DNA of 63,872 nucleotides, counting the filler, from Deltaproteobacteria bacterium (GTDB taxonomy: Bacteria; JAUYMQ01): NCBI GenBank assembly GCA_030698575.1. It is 9 parts of 9 records of this genome, joined end to end, with 100 filler letters (N's around TTAATTAATTAA, not from the genome) between each part and the next. Parts side by side here need not be neighbours in the genome. Positions count along the whole stretch, not along the records: positions 53,334 to 61,076 come from JAUYMQ010000089.1; positions 61,177 to 63,872 come from JAUYMQ010000093.1; 7 more parts are not named here. One strand, written 5' to 3'. The notes beneath the pieces are model-generated. The model searched no databases, was not told the origin of the DNA, and saw only the letters and a program-made list of their open reading frames with translations. Below are positions 59,528 through 63,872 of the stretch, in pieces; the stretch's first letter is position 1, and every line of letters begins with the position of its first letter. The position numbers and the translations under genes were made by a program.

Positions 59528-61076
59528 CTAGGGGGTTGCTCGCTGAATTCCTCCAGGCGCCCCGGCGCCGTTTCCGATCGAGCCCAGCCCCTCGAGGTTC
59601 ACGAGAATGCGGAACTGGGTGTCGTTCACGCGACGCCGGTCTACCAGCGAAAGGCTGGTGGACCAGCAGTTGCACTTCGAGCGGTACACGATCGAGTAAA
59701 CCTGCCTGAAGAACTCGTTGACGTTGAAGGAATAGTTCGATCCGTATAGGAAGTCGAGGTTCCGCGTGATCGGGATCCGCAAATTTGTGTTCAGCTCGCT
59801 GATCTCGTCGAATCCTTCCTTGAACCCCTCGAAGTTATCATCGTCGGGGAAATTCTCGAAGGTCTCGGCGAAGCTCTTGGAGTTCCGGTAGTTGAGCGCC
59901 AGCCGGTCGCCCCGGTTCGTCGAAGCGATCCCGCCGATGTTGAACTTGTCGAGCCGGCTGATCTCGTTGTTGTAGGTCAGGTTCGAGAAGAGCTGCAGCT
60001 GATCCGAGGGCTCGAAGCTCGCCTCCATGATCGAATCGGCCTGCTCGCTGTTCTCGAAATCGTAGCCCGTGCCGGAACGGATACGGAAGAGGCGGTAACT
60101 CGTGCCGTCTCCCCCGCTCGATCGCGCGAAAAACTGGTGCTCCGTCGTCCAGTAGGCAACCGTCTGATCCGGGATCACGTCGGACTGATCCTGCAGGATG
60201 TTGTCGATCGCGAAGAAGCGCTGGCGCGACTGGTTCGTGCTGCCCGGCGGAACGAACACGGGATGATCCACCTTGAAGAACTGCGACGGCCCCTTGTACC
60301 GCGTCTCCTTAAAGAAGTTTCCGAAATTCGGCTCGTCGACGATCTCGTCGTCGCTCCCCTGGATCGTGTAGATCGTCAGCTGCGGCTCGAAGGTCTGCAT
60401 GAGCGATTCCCAGCGCCCGAGGGGCGAGGACCAGTCACGCTCGAGCAACGTCGAGACGTCGAGCCGCGCCGTGAAGAGATCGCGGTGCGTCGTCGAATCT
60501 TCGAAGTCGTTCGACCGCCACATGGTTTCGCGGAAACCGATCTCGGGCCGGACATCGAGGTACTTGTCGACCTGGAAGGGCATCGAAACGCGCGGATAGA
60601 GATCGACGCGCTGGCCGGCGTTCGCGAGGGCCTCCCCTTCCTGGAAGGTAAAATCCCCCTCGGTGCCGTTGGGGTTGTTGGGCGCAATCGTCATGCCGCC
60701 CAGCCCCGGAATGACCGAATCGATGGGCGGGCTTCCGGTGGTGTCAGGCTCCACCACCTTGAAGAAATCGTCGCGATGGGGGTCCTTGTTGTTCCCGGCG
60801 TAGCCCGGTTCCGCCGGACTGAACCGGCCGTCCACGCCCTGGTCCAGGAACGTCCCCCCCTTCAGGCTTTCCTTGAATGCGGCGAACTCCTCAGGGCTCA
60901 GCACCTTCGCCGCGTCGTTCAGCGCCTTTGCCCTGGCGTCCTTGTTCTGGCGGAAGTTAACGAAGGAGCTGTCCCACTGAAAGCGCAACGGCGAGTCGAA
61001 GGCCGGCTGATCGATGAGATCGGCCTGCACGTAGGGCAGGCGTTGCAGGATGACATCGTCCCGGTCCTGGTCGTCG
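59528..61076 (-). CDS. lptD: LptD-like LPS-assembly outer-membrane protein, C-terminal part (5'-truncated)
   Basis: ILQRLP, GQRVDLYPR, GFRET, EPQL, Y.SKCNCWS...L.GLG C-terminus as in deltaproteobacterial LptD; contains long insertions. Confidence 0.6.
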
Positions 61077-61176
61077 NNNNNNNNNNNNNNNNNNNNNNNN
61101 NNNNNNNNNNNNNNNNNNNNTTAATTAATTAANNNNNNNNNNNNNNNNNNNNNNNNNNNNNNNNNNNNNNNNNNNN
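61077..61176. other. Artificial contig spacer
   Basis: N-run with TTAATTAATTAA. Confidence 0.99.
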
Positions 61177-62116
61177 GGACGTTGTGGGCGAGCGTCGGCC
61201 CTCGACGATCTGCGTCCCCCTCGTCCACTGCGCCGTTGAGCGCATTCCTCGATCCCTTGATTACGCGGCGATACTGGTGGACGCGGTTGTCGAACCAGAC
61301 CGGCAGCACCGGATCGAAGAGAACCCGGTTCAGTAAGCCGTAAACGCTGTCGGGGCCGAGAGCCGAATTGTATGAGCTCAGGTCGTACCCGAAAATCTTC
61401 ACCAGCGTTCCGACGGGGAAGGCCGGCTCGTCGATCGGAAACTCCAGGGCTTGGCCGCTGCGGGTCAGGTACACGTAGTGCCCGCTCTTGAACTGCTCTG
61501 GCGGCAGGTCGAGGAACTTCACGACCGTGAATCCGACCGCCGGGTGCCCGGCCTTGCGGGTCGCGATCAGGGTGTACTTGCTGACCGTGAGGGTGCTCGA
61601 ACCTCCCTGGCCGTACACGCCGGCGAGATAGTGCTTCTGCATCTTGTTGCTCTCGTTCAAGCTCAGGATCGTGCCGGCCATCTCGTGGGGCGCCAGCCCG
61701 ATACCGTAGTCCCGCACCTCAACGGTCCGGCCTTCCCGACCGTCGCCAGGAAGCAGTCGGATCACCGTCCGATCGGCAATCGTCTGACGCTGGCGCGTCG
61801 TCATCTCGCTGAGCCCGGCCTCCGGCACGTTCAGCCACGCGGTCGCGGCCTCCTTCGGGCTGCGGCAGACGGGGACGCCGCGATGGCCCGCGTGCTCGGC
61901 CTCCAGGATTGCGTCGATCCCGTTCGTGATGCGTTCGACGAGTGCCCGGCCGGGGTCGGTGGAGACCTCGATCACGCCCCGGTTGGCGTCACGGGCTCCG
62001 AAAGCCGTCCATCTCAGCTCGGGTCCGTGTGCGGCGTCGAACGCTTCGAGCGCCGCCTCGACTTCCGCCGTGGTCGTTGCTAACTGGAGTGCCTGGAGGA
62101 ATTCACCGTTTTCCAT
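61177..62116 (-). CDS. Uncharacterised GHKL-type (MORC/TopoVI-B/MutL-like) ATPase, 3'-truncated
   Basis: ERITNGID (N-box ExxxNxxD), VRDYGIG (G1), SNK, GVYGQGG (G2); start overlaps the MTase end by 14 nt. Confidence 0.8.
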
Positions 62117-63068
62117 TCGTGCCCCTCGTCGTCCGGCGAAGGAACCGCCCTCGTGACCCCTCGATGTAGTCGTCTTGAGGCTCGATCGCGACCCAGCGCC
62201 GCTTCAGCCGCTCCGCCGCCGCGCCCGTGGTGTTGCTGCCAGCGAACGGGTCGAGCACCATCTCCCGAGGCGTCGTCAGGAACTTGATGAAGAATTCGGC
62301 GAGGCCGATGGGCATCCGGGCGGGATGCAACCCGTAGCCGGTCTCATGGCAGTAGCTAAAGTAACGATCGCTGTTGTCGGTGTTCGTCAGCGTTATCACG
62401 TTCGACGGGATCGCGCCGCTGTTGTCCCGCAGGAAGGACGTGGCGCCGATGTCGTGCTGAGAGGGGCGCTTGCCGGAGTTGTACTTCTTCGATGAGAGGA
62501 GCCGGAGCATCGCCGGACTGTACGACTTGAGGACCCGGCGGTTGTCCGCCTTCGGGCGCTGCGTCGGCGACATCCACCAGACGTGCGTGTACGAGTCCTT
62601 GACCCTGATCCGCTCGACGTTGACCCATTGCACCGGGCTCGGGAGGCGGGCCGGGTTGTAGCACACGAACTGCTGGCACAGGTGGAAGCCGCCTTTGTTG
62701 AGGAAGCGCAGGAGCGCGCGGAGCGCGAGCGTTGACATGACCGGCTGCCCCGGCTCCCAGGCGTTGCCGAGTTCGATGACGATGGAGCCGTCGCTCTTGA
62801 GCAGGTTACGGAATACGGGCGCGAAGCTGGCGAACCACTTAATGTACGCCTCCCCCTGGCGGTTGCCGTACTTCTTCTTCCGGTTCAGGGGAAAGGGGGG
62901 TGACGTGAAGATGAGCTGCACCTTGCGCCGGTATTTCATGGCGAGCCGGGGGCTCTTGAGGGCCTCGGCCCACCCACGGTACATCACCCCGCCGCGGGTC
63001 TTGTACGCGATGCGGACGCGAGGGTGCCCTACACCGCCGGCCGTCGTTGGCGGGCCATTTTGCTTCAC
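62103..63068 (-). CDS. Site-specific DNA methyltransferase, beta class, M.PvuII-like (N4-cytosine)
   Basis: TSPPF.L.RKK.YGN, NPARLPSP..WVN..RIRVKD, RPS.HDIG, HPAR.P, DPFAGSNTTG; closely parallels M.PvuII; GTG 63068 start approximate. Confidence 0.9.
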   Translation of the reverse strand: MKQNGPPTTAGGVGHPRVRIAYKTRGGVMYRGWAEALKSPRLAMKYRRKVQLIFTSPPFPLNRKKKYGNRQGEAYIKWFASFAPVFRNLLKSDGSIVIELGNAWEPGQPVMSTLALRALLRFLNKGGFHLCQQFVCYNPARLPSPVQWVNVERIRVKDSYTHVWWMSPTQRPKADNRRVLKSYSPAMLRLLSSKKYNSGKRPSQHDIGATSFLRDNSGAIPSNVITLTNTDNSDRYFSYCHETGYGLHPARMPIGLAEFFIKFLTTPREMVLDPFAGSNTTGAAAERLKRRWVAIEPQDDYIEGSRGRFLRRTTRGTNGKR

Positions 63069-63349
63069 GTCCCGTGCTCGACCAGGTTGTCGCCGCAGTA
63101 CAGGTGATTCACACTGCGGCCATTCTAGCCGATCATGGGAATGCGTGTCTCGGTGTCGGCCAATCGTCGCCTCCGGCGGTGTCCACACGGTCATGCTGGC
63201 CCTGGGGGCGCTGCCGTGTCGTGCGCCGAGCGCATAGGAACGATTAACGCCATGTCCGCTGGGACGGCGGGCGTCCCACCCGGTCCGGCTGCCTCGCGAA
63301 CCCGGCACCGGACCCGGGAGGGCCCGATCTGGGAGGGTGGTCGTGACTG

Positions 63350-63381
63350 AAACACGGGTTCGAACCCAGTCGGGCCGACCA
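63350..63381 (+). mobile_element. tRNA 3'-end fragment, putative attR of a tRNA-integrated element
   Basis: AAACACGGG-TTCGAAC-CCAGT-CGGGCCG-A-CCA: T-arm, acceptor 3' strand and CCA, with no D-arm or matching 5' acceptor strand upstream. Confidence 0.55.
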
Positions 63382-63613
63382 GAAGGTCACGGAGTTTCGG
63401 AGGTGTTGCTGACTCTGAGTGTCCGCGTTCTGTCCGTGTTCCCTTGTCCAAGGGTTCACACAGGGCGTGGCGAGCGCTCAGCAGACCCTGCAAAATCACG
63501 CCGATGGGGACACTTGAGACATCCTGGAAGCGGCGAGTCGAGTGCATCACCTGCGGCACGACGACCGGGTGTTCTTAGGCGGCTGCTCGTAGCGGCCTGA
63601 CCATCACCAGGAT

Positions 63614-63705
63614 CCCCTCACCCTGACCCTCTCCCCCGCGGCGGGGGGAGAGGGTTTCTGTTTGTGGCCCCCTCTCCCCTCTGGGGAGAGGGTTGGGGTG
63701 AGGGG
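63614..63705. repeat. Inverted pair of REP-like CCCTCACCC...CTCTCCC...GGGAGAGGG elements
   Basis: CCCCTCACCCTGACCCTCTCCCCC...GGGGGGAGAGGG, then CCCTCTCCCC...GGGGAGAGGGTTGGGGTGAGGGG. Confidence 0.75.
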
Positions 63706-63723
63706 CGCGGTAGAATCTCCCGC

Positions 63724-63872
63724 ATGACCCACAGACGCTGGCTCGAGGCGCGCGCCCCCCGCGGCATGGTCGCATCGCCCCACGCGCTGGCCTCCGCCTC
63801 GGGCGTGACGGCCCTTCGCGCGGGCGGCAATGCGCTGGGGACGCCGCCATCGTCGCCGCGGCGACGATCGAC
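63724..63872 (+). pseudogene. ggt: Gamma-glutamyltransferase N-terminus with an apparent frameshift (or read error); runs off window end
   Basis: MTHRRWLEARAPRGMVASPHALASASGVTALRAGGNAL, then DAAIVAAATI in another frame after CTGGGGAC (2 extra G). Confidence 0.6.

Noticed and set aside
63069-63340. Controller (C) protein or endonuclease upstream of the MTase, as in PvuII
   Set aside because: The short ORFs here show no HTH or PD-(D/E)xK features.
63300-63381. Intact tRNA gene
   Set aside because: No D-arm, canonical anticodon arm or well-pairing 5' acceptor strand; only the 3' part is tRNA-like.
63614-63705. Possible CRISPR-like or MITE repeat
   Set aside because: Only an inverted pair of a common REP-like element, with no spacer array or cas genes. 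No CRISPR array was seen anywhere in the window.

Overview
This is not one locus. The window is nine GC-rich bacterial contigs, probably from a metagenome bin, joined by eight 100-bp N spacers that each carry the all-frame stop linker TTAATTAATTAA, so gene order across the gaps is meaningless. Most contigs look Deltaproteobacteria/Myxococcota-like. (1) Archaeal-type AglB/STT3 oligosaccharyltransferase (missed by the ORF track), DUF72, a sugar dehydrogenase and a TMTC-like TPR protein. (2) A catabolic cluster with two LLM oxidoreductases, an SDR, a haloalkane dehalogenase, a DMFase-like protein and a hydrolase. (3) Tad pilus genes, lpxC with a sigma-54 promoter and IHF site, an NtrY/NtrX-like pair, rimI, pyrK, pyrD and rimP. 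(4) Acyl-CoA dehydrogenase, CBS protein, ArsI-like protein, corA, OmpA and an ECF sigma. (5) GntR, sdhE and a eukaryote-type citrate synthase. (6) Accessory genes. (7) A biotin carboxylase set divergent from an HMGS-like/DUF35 fusion plus thiolase. (8) A trp operon interrupted by a membrane sulfatase-fold gene, plus an LptD-like gene. (9) An M.PvuII-like N4-cytosine methyltransferase overlapping an uncharacterised GHKL ATPase, beside a tRNA 3'-end fragment that may be an att site. Contig 9 is the best candidate for an undescribed, probably anti-phage, system, but the ATPase is cut by the contig end. No CRISPR array, rRNA or intact tRNA was seen. All family calls come from motif recognition, not database searches.
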